Source of the DNA: Mytilus trossulus | Lineage: Eukaryota | Assembly (NCBI RefSeq): GCF_036588685.1 | Contig: NC_086385.1 | Coordinates: forward strand, 6,634,001 to 6,698,000 | Length of the DNA: 64,000 bases | Direction of reading: 5' to 3' | Shown here: piece after piece, positions 49,784 through 62,819 of the stretch | Position numbering within the stretch: the first letter of the stretch is position 1 | Layout: each line of letters begins with the position of its first letter | Made by a program: the position numbers and the translations under genes | The notes under the pieces: model-generated | Told to the model about the DNA's origin: nothing | The model's input: only the letters and a program-made list of their open reading frames with translations | Databases searched by the model: none

Positions 49784-52700
49784 TAGTCCAGCCGAATGGT
49801 GCAGATATAGAGCAGAATTGCTCACTTGATGAGGAAAGCATGAAACTTTGCATATTAGTTCTTGGTTATATACCCTTTGATTTCAGCTATGAACCCACTC
49901 TGAAAAATCCAATATGGCTGCCATTTTCAAGATAGCGGAAAAACGGTATTAATATCAAGATTGTCCTAAAGGTATTCTATATAATTTAGGAAATTAAAGG
50001 AATGATTCTTCAAAAATGGATTTCATGTTCTTGAATTTGTTATCAATTAAAATATAAAAAAAAATATTTGGTGATTTCTATTACACATTCATTTGCAAAT
50101 AAGGCTGCATATACAAAAACAAATAGTGAAATACAAAATGTTAATCAATATGTTACATGTTATTCTTTAAATGCTTTCAGTTTTAATAGTTGGAATGAAA
50201 TAGGTTGAAACGAGTCGATTGAACGTTAATATATGTCGGTTAAATGTGGTGGAATAGTAGGTAACTCATCTGAACTTTGAGCCAGTGACGAGGGCACCTT
50301 GTGTTACGTCGCTTATCGCGTTTTCATCTGCCGTACCCACTACATCGTCAAATTATTCTATGTAATCAATAGGTGTACCTTCCTTCAGGCGGAATAGGCG
50401 ATTATCATCATTTAAAATGGTTAAGGGGCAACTATTTCCTTTTTCAACTATGTGCGAAACCAATTCGCAACTATTCAGCGAGCATGGTCCTAAAATGCAC
50501 TCCTTGTCAGCACTATTATTAGTTTTAATGGTAACAGTCATTTCTGAGTTTGGTGGAACTTTGATGGTTCGTTTTATGCAAATTTGCTGAATTGAAATCT
50601 CGTTTCCACCGTTAACAAATGCCGCATTTATCACTTTATTGTTGATGGTAATTGTGGGAGTACTCAGGTTTATCACTGCGCTCAGTGTGTCCAAAATATC
50701 TAGCCTAAGTATAACATCGTCTGTTAATGACTCTTTTCACACATCCCACTGTATGTTTACTTTATTAATGTCGAGAAGTGTTCTTTATAATCTTCCCAAT
50801 AACAAGCTGGTAACCCAAACCACGTAGCGTTACGTTCTCCAAATCTCCATTTTCTGCCGGAATTAAATTCTCATTTACTAATGTTATCATTGCAGCATTG
50901 TCCACAATCATGCTCACATTCTTGTCATGTATAGTACATCGTACTGCTAAGCTCTTTCAAATGGTTTGTTTGATGACAATATCGGACGAGGGCGTGGGTC
51001 TCTGTTCTCTTTTGTGATGAGGTGATGTTTCATGGCCAATAGACTTTGGAATCGTGCGTTGGCCTACTGACCCGACCCTTTGCTGTTTAAAGACTCCATT
51101 GTTGGGGTTGCACTTTGATTTGCTCCGTATCCTTGTGAAGGTGATTGTTGTCTGAAATAACCGGGATTTCTGGAGTTTGCCCGTGGAGATGCTAACCGTT
51201 GTCTGTAGGGACTATATGATCTCTAGCTTAGTGGGGGTGTTGCTGATCGATATGCATTAAGCTTGGGAGTGTTTCTATCAGGCGATCTACCGCGAATGTA
51301 TTGCTCAGGAGATCTTCCACGTGGAAATTGATCAGGTGATCTTCCATGATTATTTGATCAGAAGAACCAGGTTATACTAATCGGCCAATCCACGGTTATG
51401 CTGATTGGTTGAAAGCATAGAATCAGCTAGTTTTGTGACAATTTGTGTGAGGTTATACCCCTCATTATCCAAAGGTCTGCTCGTATTTCCTTTATCGGTC
51501 GGTGATAGTGCGCCATCAGCAAAGTAGACTTGTCGATGGTTATAATTGGCACTTTTTGATCCATATATCGGCATCTGGTTTTCTATTGAGGTTTTTAGTT
51601 GATTAAACGTTTTCTGGGTTCCTCTTTATTACATGCCTTGAAGAATCTTTGTTTGTACATTCTCGACGGAATGCTTCGGTTCCAATCTGTTTTGATCATT
51701 TTTCTTGCTGAAGCGCTGCTCCAAATGAATGGTTTTTTTTAGGCCTTAGAATCATCATCTGTGCGAGTGTACTCAAAGCCAATACCGGCCTGCAATATTG
51801 GGCCTACACACATTTGTCTGTTTTCCCATTGGCATCTACCGGCAATTCGTTCAAATTAGTAAATGAACGCCTCCCAAGTCATGGATCCTCTCCAATTGAG
51901 TTTTTTTTTGCATTTTTGGGAGCTGTGGGCTTCGGCTCCGGTCCCTTGCACCAAGATTTCCTTGACATCGGGTATATTCTCTCTCCAATGAGGAGTCTGA
52001 AGAAGAGGTGTTGCCACACTCTTTTGGTTTCCTCTGCCCTTTCCTGAATCGGTCAGTGGAGTCAGCTTGCTGTTATAGGAAGCCTGTTAGAGTTACAGGA
52101 GCTGACGAGGTTGTCATAATTGGAGTGATAAATGTGGGATTTGCCATTGACTCGACGGGGATGATACCGTAAGTAGGCACTGCATTCAGACTTGGAGAAA
52201 CTTGATAGAATCCTCTTGCAGCAAATTGTTTCTGTAATGGTGTGCTGCTCTGAACCAGATATTATTGACTCATAGTAGATGGTAAGTGTGCGTAAGACGA
52301 CACATAAGCATTTTGCTGGTATCCTTGATAAGTACTAGAGGTTTTTAGTATGTTCATAATTCATTTTGTAATTGGAGATTATTGTTAAATAATTTGAACT
52401 GTCTCATGCAGGGCCAAGGCCCTGACATATGACTTTTGACTTAAGAAGAAGACACCTTCAACAGAGTTGGCGTGGTTGCTGGTTCATGCGAACTATAATT
52501 GGGGAAAGACCCAAGGCATGGATTTTGTTGTGTACTTTTGGTAAACTTGCGTTGTACTTGATAAGGTCAAATTTTGGCTTAGATGATGTGTTCATTGCAG
52601 GAATTTTAACTTCTTTATTTCGATTGTCCACTAATTCATTTACAACAGATGCCAGTTGTTGGAAGTACCCTGCTGTTGAAATGCACTTTTAAATAGAACT

Positions 52701-53772
52701 GTGTCTACTTCCTCAGTTGTTGTTAGATTGTCTATTCGTCTCACCACAGCATTAAGTATGTTATTGGTCTGTCCATAAATTCCGCCAAGCAATTATTACT
52801 AGCCTTATGGTCTATCCTGTCTTCAGACTGCTGAAGTTGCTGAAATATTGCTCTCCTCTGTTCGTTATTAATATGCATTGCCTCCTTCTGTTCAGCTTGA
52901 AACGTAATGAGACCAACACATATCTTATCAATTCGCAATGATTCGCTCTGTTTTATATTGCGGTAATCTCAGCTGTTCTTTCAGCATTAGATTTACTATC
53001 TGCTAAAAATTCTTGGTACAATTGTTTAATAGTCATTTCTGAGCTGTCCTCTGTTAAATCGTCTTCAACTGTGGGTTTCTCCATATCCCCCAGTGATTCA
53101 GTTTCTGCCATTTCAATGTTCTTGTCCTTGTTGTCCTCAATTCCTGCCATTTCACTGATATGTGTTTAAATGATTCTCAATTCACAGTTTAATATCTCAA
53201 ATTGCAAAATATTGCGACCCAAGAATTAGATAAGCACTGAATAATATCTTAAGGCAGATAAATCCTAAATAACAGCTTTTATGTGTGACACAAGACAACA
53301 AATAGGGCAGCTTTTAATGAAAGCTACTACTGCAGCTTTTCATGAAAGCTACTACTTTGTGTATGAAATGACAAGCAAGGCAAAATCAAAAAGGACAGAA
53401 CTGGGACAGATACTAAATGACACTATACATCAATAAAATGCTTATATTCAGATCAATTCTCAATAATGGAAATTTGCTCCTTTTTAAGGCGGCCATTTTG
53501 TATTTCAAAGATAGATCACAACAAAATCACCAAGTACACCAAGTCATTCAAATATGTTGATTTTTGTGCTTCCAGCATCAAATCCACTGTGGTTTGTGTA
53601 ATACTGGAAAATATTTTAGAACGTACGGCAGCCATCTTGAAATAAGCCGCAATATTGAATTTTGAGGGTGGGTCCAAAGCTAATATTGCTCAGTACACAA
53701 AAATGTACCATCATGCAAAAATTGGTGCTTTCCTCATTATTTGAGCAATTTTTTCACCGATCGGCCGGACTA
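49784..53772. mobile_element. TIR element with TAG...CTA termini (Academ-like), non-autonomous
   Basis: TAGTCCAGCCGAATGGTG pairs with CACCGATCGGCCGGACTA; imperfect TIRs of ~150 bp with ATGGC(T/G)GCC-type motifs. The TSD is not clear. Confidence 0.65.
50200..53200 (-). mobile_element. Gypsy-like LTR retrotransposon gag-protease remnant, no RT or LTR visible
   Basis: Fragmented gag-like ORFs from 53150, an RSP-rich tract at ~51150-51350, protease-like NVSMIVDNAAMITLV (~50880-50920) and DDVILRLDIL, then the linker IKVPPNSEM and PPHLTDIY*RS. Confidence 0.7.
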
Positions 53773-53904
53773 TACGGGTCTCGAGGCCAATACAGCTGAC
53801 CGAGAATCTATACCAGTGCCAAAACAGAAACAGCCAGTTTATAACACTTCTATTAAATGATTATAAGAAAATTAAAAACCGGGAGTGAACGTCCCGTATT
53901 AGGT

Positions 53905-55395
53905 CTCTTTGAACAATTACATTCCAGTCTATTGAGAACAAAAAACCAGAAGTAGACATTTTGATCGATACCACACAGCCTGATATTATAATAGGTACTG
54001 AAACCTGGTTAGATCCGAAAACATCATCTTATGAATATTTTTCAAAAGATCATTACAGCAGAATAAACGCAAACTCAAAGTCAGCCATAATTATTGGTGG
54101 AGACTTTAATTTAGGAAACATCAATTGGGAAACAACAAGCGTCATCCCTGGAAAAGCAAATCCAAAACAACATCAACAACTTTTAGATACAATAAATGAC
54201 CATTCATTAGCACAAGTTTTTAACATACCAACTCGAAATGATAAAATTTTAGATCTTGTGTTAACAAATTATCCCGCCATCATTGAAAAAACTGAAACCA
54301 TGCCACCATTAGGGAAGGCAGACCATGATATTGTATATATAGAATGTTTACTTACATTAAAAAGATGCCAAACCAAGCCACGTAAAGTATACAGATATAA
54401 AAATGCAAACTGGCAAAAAATAAAAGAGGATATAGATGAAATACATCAAAAGATCATACATAAAAAAGATAGTGCAGATACAAACACACTTTGGTTAATA
54501 TTTAAAAACTAATTACAAAACACTATCACTGAGAACATACCACCGAAAATGATGAGAAACAGCAAAATTTACCATGGATAAAGGACAGTATTAGACGACA
54601 AATGAAAAAGTACAAGAAAAAATATCAAAAGTACAAATTGAAAGGCAAAGGGAAACAAGACCAACTCAAAAAATTAAAACATGATATACAAAAACAACAA
54701 AGAACATCTTATTAGAATTATATTGAAAATATGATATGTGGTATACCAGTTGATGACAACCCTACTACCATATCAAAGAGCTTCCCAAAAAAATTGTTCA
54801 GTTATATAAAAACACAGAAGTCTGAAAGCATTAACATACCACCACTCCAAAAAAAAGGGCGCACTTACATCTGACTCAAAAGCAAAAGCTAACATTTTAA
54901 ATGAACAGTTCAAAAAAGCATTCACATCTGTAATAGATGACCCAATACCAGATAAGGGCGTCAGTAAACATCAACAGATGCCTGATACTCTAACACAACA
55001 ACAGGGCATAGAAAAAAATGATATCAATATCAACAAAGCAGCTGGACCTGATCTCATTCATGGAAAATTTTTAAAAGATTGTAAATCATTTATCACTCCC
55101 ATCTTATCAATCATATTCCAAACATCACTGAACTCTGGAAAGATCCCAGACGACTGGCGTCACGCAAGTGTATGTCCAGCATTCAAAAAAGGCGACAAAC
55201 ACGATCCTATAAACTATCGCCCAATATCATTGACTTGCATCTGCTGCAAACTATTAGAACATGTTGTAGCTAGTAGTATAATGAAACATCTGGAAAAAAA
55301 TAAAATACTACTAGTATATTACTTACAACATGGTTTTCGATCCTCCCGCTCCTGTGAAACTCAGCTAATATCATTTATTCAAGATCTTGCAAATT
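53905..55395 (+). mobile_element. CR1-group LINE fragment (APE endonuclease plus RT N-terminal part), degenerate
   Basis: PDIIIGTETWL, IIGGDFNL, PTR..ILDLVLTN and DHDIV; then KAAGPD, FKKGDKHDPINYRPISLT and QHGFRSSRSCETQL. Confidence 0.9.
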
Positions 55396-58290
55396 CACAT
55401 TATCTAAAAAACCTGTAGTTGTTAATTTCTGTGTCATTTTGGTCTCTTGTGGAGAATTATCTCATTGGCAATCATACCACATCTTTTTTTATATGTATTT
55501 GCTTACTATTTGTATGGTTCTATTTATATTACTTTGTGGAGGATCGTCAGTATCATTAGTAAAAAAAAATGTTAAAAGGTCGAATTGTTCCTCAGATTAG
55601 AATACATTTATTGGTTTTTAGTAATGACAATGCCTGACAAGATGCTAGGGGCTAGATGAGCTAGGAAGTAAACTTCTGTGCTGATTTTTATCAATTCTTT
55701 GATAATATTTCCTCCAAAGCTGGTCGAAGCAAAAATAAATTGACAAATATGAAAATGATTTCACCAAAAGAACTTTTTTGAGCATGCTTCAAAGACTCAA
55801 AACTGCTCCAAAAGTAATCTAAAAGAATTTCAGGCATGTCAAGTGGATATTATCAACATCTAATTAATTAGTCTTAATATGTCTAAATATCTAAAAAGTT
55901 AAAGTATACAAAAAGGTATTGCAAAATTATTCTCTTTTCATTTTTGTTTGTTATATAGATACAAATATAAGTGATACATGTACCACAAATACAGTATTTG
56001 TTGTGGTATGAAAGTGTAGTAATTAACATTTACTGTTACAATGTTAATTCACACAAATTTATTAGAAATAAACAATTGAATGAAAAATGTTGAACATGTA
56101 CAATGAAACATAGTTTTAGAAATCAATTAGGCCAGATAGGCCTTATAATTTTTTTTAAACATAATCGAATGACCATTTACACTCAGGACCAAGTCATCAG
56201 TAGGCAGTACAGATGTATTAAAACAACCTAGCATCATATTGCTAGTAGCGGGAGAAGAATTGTCGGGTAAATTTGTTCTTTTTATAAAATTTGGTCAAAG
56301 GACATATAATGTTTGGTTCAAATCGATATATGCTTTTTATCTCCCTATTACTTACATTGAAGAAAGAGGTGATACTACTTTGACAAATGCTTGTACACGA
56401 GAGTTGTCTGTCAAATCTTTATTTCACAAAGAATGAATTGCATAACAATGAACTGAGCTCAAAGCAAAGTACTTTAATAATACACTTAGACAAAGAGCTA
56501 AATCCAGTGATATACTTTGTACTGCAGGTTCTTCATGAACATCCATTGACCAAAATTAACCATATCTCAATAAAATGCCATATACTACATGGTTGGATCA
56601 GAAGTCCTGAAAAAGACATGTTTTTTTTATCGTATTTTAAGTTTTCACAGGTTAAAACTTTCTTGTGGTATTATCATTCAGTATCTAGCAACTATCAATT
56701 TGCTTCATGCACAAATTGATATAGGTTGAGCGCTCCTCTGTTGGAAATAAGAACACACCTCCTGGCTCCACCTAATTTAAGTCAACTGATGAAGAAACAT
56801 TCAAAACTATAAAGACTTTTCAGTGTCTATTTACCATTGCCACTGAAACAGTGATATATTTGTACACATATATAAGACCAAAACTGATATTCGGTCTTTA
56901 CTACCGGTACATCTTCATTCCCCAAGTCATTTTCAAATTTTCCAAATTTAGCTATATTTAAGCGATTGAAAGATTGATTGCACTTTGAATGTATAGTTCA
57001 GACTGAGACACGTGTTACATGAGGAGCTGCTTTGTTTACAAATAATAATGTCACGTGATCACTCTCTGACGTCACAATTTGCATCGATCTTGCAGTACAC
57101 TAGACAGTTCGCTCAAACAGTACCCATTATCATGCCCGCCCCCCCTTCGTGGGAAAAATTTGGTTGATTATATAGGGAATCATTGAAGCATGACTGGAGC
57201 GGGCCCCCTCTTAGGTCAGTCAGCGCCCCCCCCCCCCCCCCCCTTTTATGAAAAGTTCTGGATCCGCCACTGATTGCTTTACGTAATAAAGTTTGAATAG
57301 AATTGAATTTGACTGAAGTTCAGCATACAAAAAAAACGTGGATATGCAGAAGCATGACAATATATTACTGATAACGTGTGTACTAGTATATATTTCTGTA
57401 AACGAAGTTGCCTGTATACTTCACTTGAGCGAAAGGATATCTCTATTTGTGAATCGGTTTATTAACCCTTTGAACCCAGGGTCGAAGTTCAAGATGTTAA
57501 CATATTAACGGAAATTTTTTGGGTTGCTTTTACATCATTGAGGCTATCTTAATTCTATTTTCATTGCGGGGTTTCACATATTTCAAATGGAATTATAGAA
57601 AAAATAGAATGTTGTTAGCAGAATCAAAACAGAAAATGATGAACACTTGATTATTTTTAGCAATACATAAATCTGGATTGAGGGTCTGTGTATTCACATT
57701 ATTTGTAAAACTCTCCTTAATTATTCCTGTGAAGCGTGTGCTTTACATCGAGGCTTGCTATGCTTTACATCGACGCCACAGTGCTTCAACCAATCAGGGA
57801 ATGTTTATTTGGGGAATTCGACCTATTCTAACTCTGATTTTTGCACATTTTAATCCAAATTATAGAAAAATGGAATATTGTTAGTACATATAAAATAGAA
57901 AATGATGAATACTTTTAGTTAAAGATGAATTGGATGGGGGTTCTGTGTATTCACATTATTTGTACAACTCTCCTTACTGATGCCATATTTTGGAATTTCC
58001 GTGACCTAAATGGTTCGCGAAATTTAATATTTTTATATATAGTGAAACGAAATGGGGGGTCCCTTGAAATGGAACTTGTTTTCCCTAAAATTATGTGATG
58101 ATGTTGTTAAAACCTTACCGTAAATTTACTGTTCCTATTATATATTTATTGTACAACTTTGTGTAAACATTGTTAACTTTTTATTATTCTTTCCTTTGTT
58201 TTTTACAATCGGAACAGCTGTGAATTGTTTACTTCAAATGAAGTACACCAATGACGTCATAACCTATTTTTGTTATGACGTCGGCTCTGG

Positions 58291-58621
58291 GTTTGGTAAT
58301 TTAGGTAAATGGTAAGCCAAAATGGTAAAAATGGTAAGCCGAAATGGTAAATGGTAAACCATTTTGTATAAATAAATACGATGGAGAGAAAGGATAAGGT
58401 TCAGTACGACTTTACCCTGGGCAAGTAACACACGCTAATTCCAAGCGATTTAAAATATACATGTACCGAAACCATTTACCAGACTAAGTAATAACCAGAC
58501 TATTTCCGTATAATGTGGGCTTGTTAGTTCCATAAAAAGTTGTATTTAGAGAATTACTTCTCGAGAGAAACGTTATCAGTTTTGACATTGAATTTCCGTT
58601 ACCATTTGCCGATTACCAAAC
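58291..58621. mobile_element. Small MITE with (AAATGGTAA)n subterminal repeats
   Basis: GTTTGGTAATTTAGGTAAATGGTAA pairs with TTACCATTTGCCGATTACCAAAC. Confidence 0.6.
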
Positions 58622-59833
58622 TATCTTGTTCGTAAACTTTCTAGGTAATACCGTATTTATGTATTATAGTTCCGCTATCCATTTTCTTTACGATATTCTA
58701 ATAAAGTAAGGTATTTATTTGTTAAACTAGAATCCTGTTACTTAAGTTATTTATTATGTCTACGAATTGCTGATATTTATTGCACGTATAAAATACAAGT
58801 TGATTTTTATTCGACGAGTCTGTTATTCTTACAAAAACCTAAACGGAACCAAACTAAGATCTATCAGAATACCACAACGTACCACAAAACCTATACAGAA
58901 CCAACTGTAGATCTATCCGAATACCACGATACCAGAGAACCACGTTACCAAAGAAGAGTCGCCAGTTATAACTCTAGTTCATATATTCCAGTCTTATAGC
59001 AACACACTAAGGGTTCCAATATTTATAGTTAATACCAAAGCCTGACCGCTCGGTTTTCGTTACAATAGTATAGTAATTAAACTTCAAAAAGTAAATCGGT
59101 TCGATTGAAGTATTATACGGCGGCTTCACTGTTGTGCCTTTAAAATACACCTAGATACTGCACGTACAAACTATGCCGAGTAGAGGAAAAACGATGATTT
59201 TTCAGAGTTATTTTCAACCCTTTTCAGATGCATAAAGCATTATATTTAGGACTATTTGGAAATGCCCTTAAATTGTATGAAGATCAAGAATAACTGTATT
59301 TACCAATTCCATTCACAAATTATTTCTAGAACGGGTTTGTTGTGACGCCTCCGGGTGTGGGAGCTTCTCTCTGTATTGAAGCCCCATTGGTGGCCTTCAG
59401 CTGTTGTCTCCTCTATGGTCGGGTTGTAATGGGTCTTTCCCGCATAAGCAATTTCACACAGCAAAATAAAATGAACATGTTTACTTTTATATACAGTTTC
59501 TTTAATAAGGGAGTTTATTAGTAAATTGAGTTGTTTTCGCATCACTTAAGTAATTACATGTAACGAACTAACATAGGTCCCAGTAATGTGCAGTGGCTGA
59601 TCCAGGGGAGGGTTTTCAGTTGGAACCGCCCCTTTTTTTGGGTGATCAATGCATTTGAATGGTTACATGGTTGGACCCCCCCTTTTCACCAAAATGGCCT
59701 GATGTGTTTCAGTTTAGATTAGAGTAACTGAGACAGATCCAACCATTTTTTAAAAGGGGGACCTCACCCAGGATAAGCAGAGGCGGATTTAGTAACTTTT
59801 CAAAAAGGGGGACCTACAAGGCAATGTTTCCCC

Positions 59834-60168
59834 ATCGGGAAAATACTCCAAATCGGGAAATGTTACCCGATTAGGCAACATGGAGAAGAAATGTTACTCG
59901 ATCGGGATACTGTAGACAAATTTGGGCATGACCCCTTTATAGGTGACAATAAGTTGTTGCTTTCTCACCTGGAATTCTGTAACCTGTTTGTAAGGATGAA
60001 ATTGAGCCCTGGAGATATTATTTTATTTTGGCAGGTCAAAATAAAAAATATATGTATGGAGATAAAGGCAATGATTCCTCATGATTCCTCATCGGGAAAA
60101 TACTCCAAATTGGGAAATGTAACCCGATTGGGAAACATGGAGATTAAATGTAACTTGATCGGGATACT
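59834..60168. repeat. Direct repeat of ~78 bp at 257-nt spacing, rich in ATCGGGA/CCCGAT motifs
   Basis: ATCGGGAAAATACTCCAAAT.GGGAAATGT.ACCCGATT at 59834 and 60091. Confidence 0.75.
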
Positions 60169-60479
60169 GGAGCCAAATTGGGACATGTTTAAAAAATGGG
60201 TGACACTAAAGGTTGTTGCTTCCTCACTTTGGTTAAAAGTGAGTATAGGTGTGCTGCTGGAATTTGAAAAACACCTCGAGTCATATATTACCCATGACAG
60301 ATAATCACAAAATTTCTGTCTCAGTTATATGTTTGTCTGATAAGTTGAAAAAGTGATCCATTCATTCAAGTGGCATGCCTGTATTTACCTGTAGTTGAGG
60401 CCTCATATCATGGAAATCAAATTCCACATTATTTTCAGTACTTGATCATTTTATTGACATAAATATATTTCAACAGAAA

Positions 60480-60879
60480 AAATTGTCACTTGGAACACAG
60501 TTAGCTCTTTTCATGTGGTGTACTATGCTGGAAATTGATGCCTGTGATTCATATTCAAGCAGATATATGACTTTAAGTTTAGGGCCCTGGTGATCATGCA
60601 AATTGCATGTCTTAAGCATCTTTGAACCAACATTGGGATGCTAATAATGTTGCATACTAGTTTTGGCACATGCCCAATTGTTTGGCCAAGAATGTCCTGC
60701 ACAACCTGGTAATTTGGATGTCCTCTAGTTATAACATCAAGATCATCTTCTGATATATCTCATCTATGCTGGGAGCCATAACTTTGACTGCATGTCTATC
60801 AAAACGATTAGTTGGTTCTGGTACACATTTCATCACAAACCTTCTTCCAACCATTGGTCTCCTTTTATATATATGGTAC
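60480..60879 (-). pseudogene. HIRAN-domain exon remnant
   Basis: TTTGTAG|gYHIYKRRPMVGRRFVMKCVPEPTNRFDRHAVKV.../..ILGQTIGHVPKLVC../GPKLKVIYLLE. The YH.YK, EPxNxxDxxAV and IGHVP motifs are present, with two frameshifts. Confidence 0.7.
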
Positions 60880-60943
60880 CTACAAACAAATGATAACTAA
60901 CCATAGAATTTGATTGATCTTTGATAGTTCATTTTTACACCAG

Positions 60944-61380
60944 GTGACTTTGACCTAAAGTTGAGGGATGATTTGGTCAACTTTACAAGCCTTGCAGAAG
61001 ACATAAGACAGAACTATATGAGGTCTTTTATCAGTACATCTAATGATGAAACCTCCTCACAACATGTTATTTATGTTTCAGAGAAAGAAAAAGAAGAAAG
61101 TCAAAAAATAGAAAATATGACAAAAAAAGAAATTCAACAACAAATATTTCTCAAATTAGAAGATTTGAATGACTCCCAGTTGTTGGAAGAAATGTATCAA
61201 AAGTCTGTTAAACATAAAAACAAAGAAGCATATATTGAATTTTATTATAGTCTGTTTAAAAAAAAATTAACATCTATGTGTCTGCCTCTTGAGCAAAAGC
61301 GAGACATAGGCATGGTTTTACTAACGAAAACATTAACATTGCATCAAAGTTTGTCATTTAATATTGATTTTTTTTTATGA
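60944..61380 (+). CDS. Orphan terminal exon of an unknown helical protein
   Basis: ACACCAG| acceptor in frame with the 139-aa ORF (DFDLKLRDDLVNFTSLAEDIRQNYM...). No upstream exon was identified. Confidence 0.5.
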
Positions 61381-61385
61381 TTGAA

Positions 61386-62323
61386 TTATTTGGACATTTT
61401 AGCCCATGCATTTCTGACAGTTGGAACAGTCAAGACATACTTGAGTATATACCTCTTCTATTAGTAATCTTCTTATAGTTTTAGTCATTTTTTCAAGTGA
61501 TAAAAATGAATGAGTTCCTAAAGAATGTGCCGAAGTTTTTAATAGCAACACTAAAAGCACTTCAATTATGATAATGATTTTTATATCACTCCACAGGAAC
61601 TTAATTACAAAAGAAAGTGATTCACATCTTCTTTATATATACTAGAACACACCCGTGATATCGCGGGTCGTGACTGATATATAACTATGCGTATGCCTTA
61701 TTTTAGTAATTGGTATTGTCATCTGATAAAGTCATGTCGATTATAACATGTATAAGGTGCACAGTTTTCTCTGCTTTCAAAATCTTTCTGTTTGAACCCG
61801 TCGACCTGGAACCTATCAGTTATTGGTAATATTAATAATTTGGAAAACAAAAGGGCCTGGAATGGAATATTTTTTACTCAACAGTATACAGCAAAATTCT
61901 AAATACACTTTAAAGGTTACTTCAAGCAGATGCCTTACAGTATAATTTTTTTTTATCTAGGAGTAAATGTAAAGAAAAGTAATGTTTTGTGAAGTTTTGA
62001 GAAAGGAAATATATATGCATGAGGTTTTATCAATTACTAGTATATTGAAGATATATTATTATTATCAAAAGAAACAATATTAATGTATATTAAAGTTTTA
62101 ATATGAACGACAAGACTTTTTATTGTTAATATCAGACAGTTATTCATTTAGAACTGTTCTTTACCACATGAAAAAAGAAGTATAAAGTGAAAAGTACCCT
62201 TTTTGTAACTGGTCCACTCAAATTTTCATATGAAATGCTCAGGTCTGCTTCCTCATCTGTTGTTGACCCAATTTCCACTTCTGTTGCCCCATGAACAGCA
62301 GTTCCAAAAATCTCCAATGGATC
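61386..62323 (-). CDS. Last two exons of an unknown gene (62323-62198 and 61457-61386)
   Basis: AG|DPLEIFGTAVHGATEVEIGSTTDEEADLSISYENLSGPVTKR|GT (126 nt) splices in phase 0 to AG|KRYILKYVLTVPTVRNAWAKMSK*. Confidence 0.5.
61641..61670 (-). mobile_element. Helitron 3' terminus (second copy at 63583-63612)
   Basis: Minus strand has the hairpin ACCCGCGATATCACGGGT followed by GTGTT-CTAG|T. Confidence 0.65.
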
Positions 62324-62649
62324 CTAATCAAAAAGTAATATTATATCATTAGCACGGATTTCAGAAAACTTAACATAAAAATTAATTGATTTTTTTCAAC
62401 ATAAATGGAAGTCCTTAGTTTTAGGTCAACATCTCATGATTTCTTGACATTTTTTTTGTAACTTGTGTTTCCCAGTAGACTTGTCTTGCATAAAAAGACC
62501 ATTGAATTATTACATAATGCAGTGTAGGGTCCTGTTGGCTCATGTTCTACATAATATATGAATTACTTGGTTTCGTTGAGTTCTTGGTTTTATAAGGTGA
62601 TAGACATGGTATGTGAAATCTTATTAGAAGATACCCTTTCCATTAGACA

Positions 62650-62818
62650 CCTTTTTTTTTTAAATAGACACCCTAGTAATGATTGTGGCCAAGTTTGGTT
62701 TAATTTGGCCCATAGTTTTAGAAAAGAAGATTTTTGTACAAGTTTACAGACGACGGACGACGGACGCCAAGTGATGAGAAAAGCTCACTTTACCTTTCAG
62801 GTCAGGTGAGCTAAAAAA
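62650..62818. mobile_element. Helentron-associated non-autonomous element end (related degenerate copy at ~34790-34990)
   Basis: CCAAGTTTGG..GAAGATTTTT..(GACG)n..AAAGCTCAC..CCTTTCAGG.CAGGTGAGCTAAAAA: subterminal inverted repeat plus hairpin. Confidence 0.65.
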
Positions 62819-62819
62819 A

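Larger units (their letters stand above)
49681..53848. mobile_element. Palindromic MITE split by nested insertions
   Basis: AGTGTTATTAACTGGCTGTTTCTGT..CACTGGTATAGATTC (49682-49726) is the inverted counterpart of GAATCTATACCAGTG..ACAGAAACAGCCAGTT.ATAACACT (53804-53848). Confidence 0.7.

Noticed and set aside
57590-57977. ~125-bp direct duplication at ~270-nt spacing as possible LTRs
   Set aside because: No TG..CA ends, primer-binding site or TSD; treated as an ordinary local duplication.
59891-60304. 137-aa ORF as a gene
   Set aside because: It runs through a duplicated non-coding repeat and has no recognisable motif or splice context.
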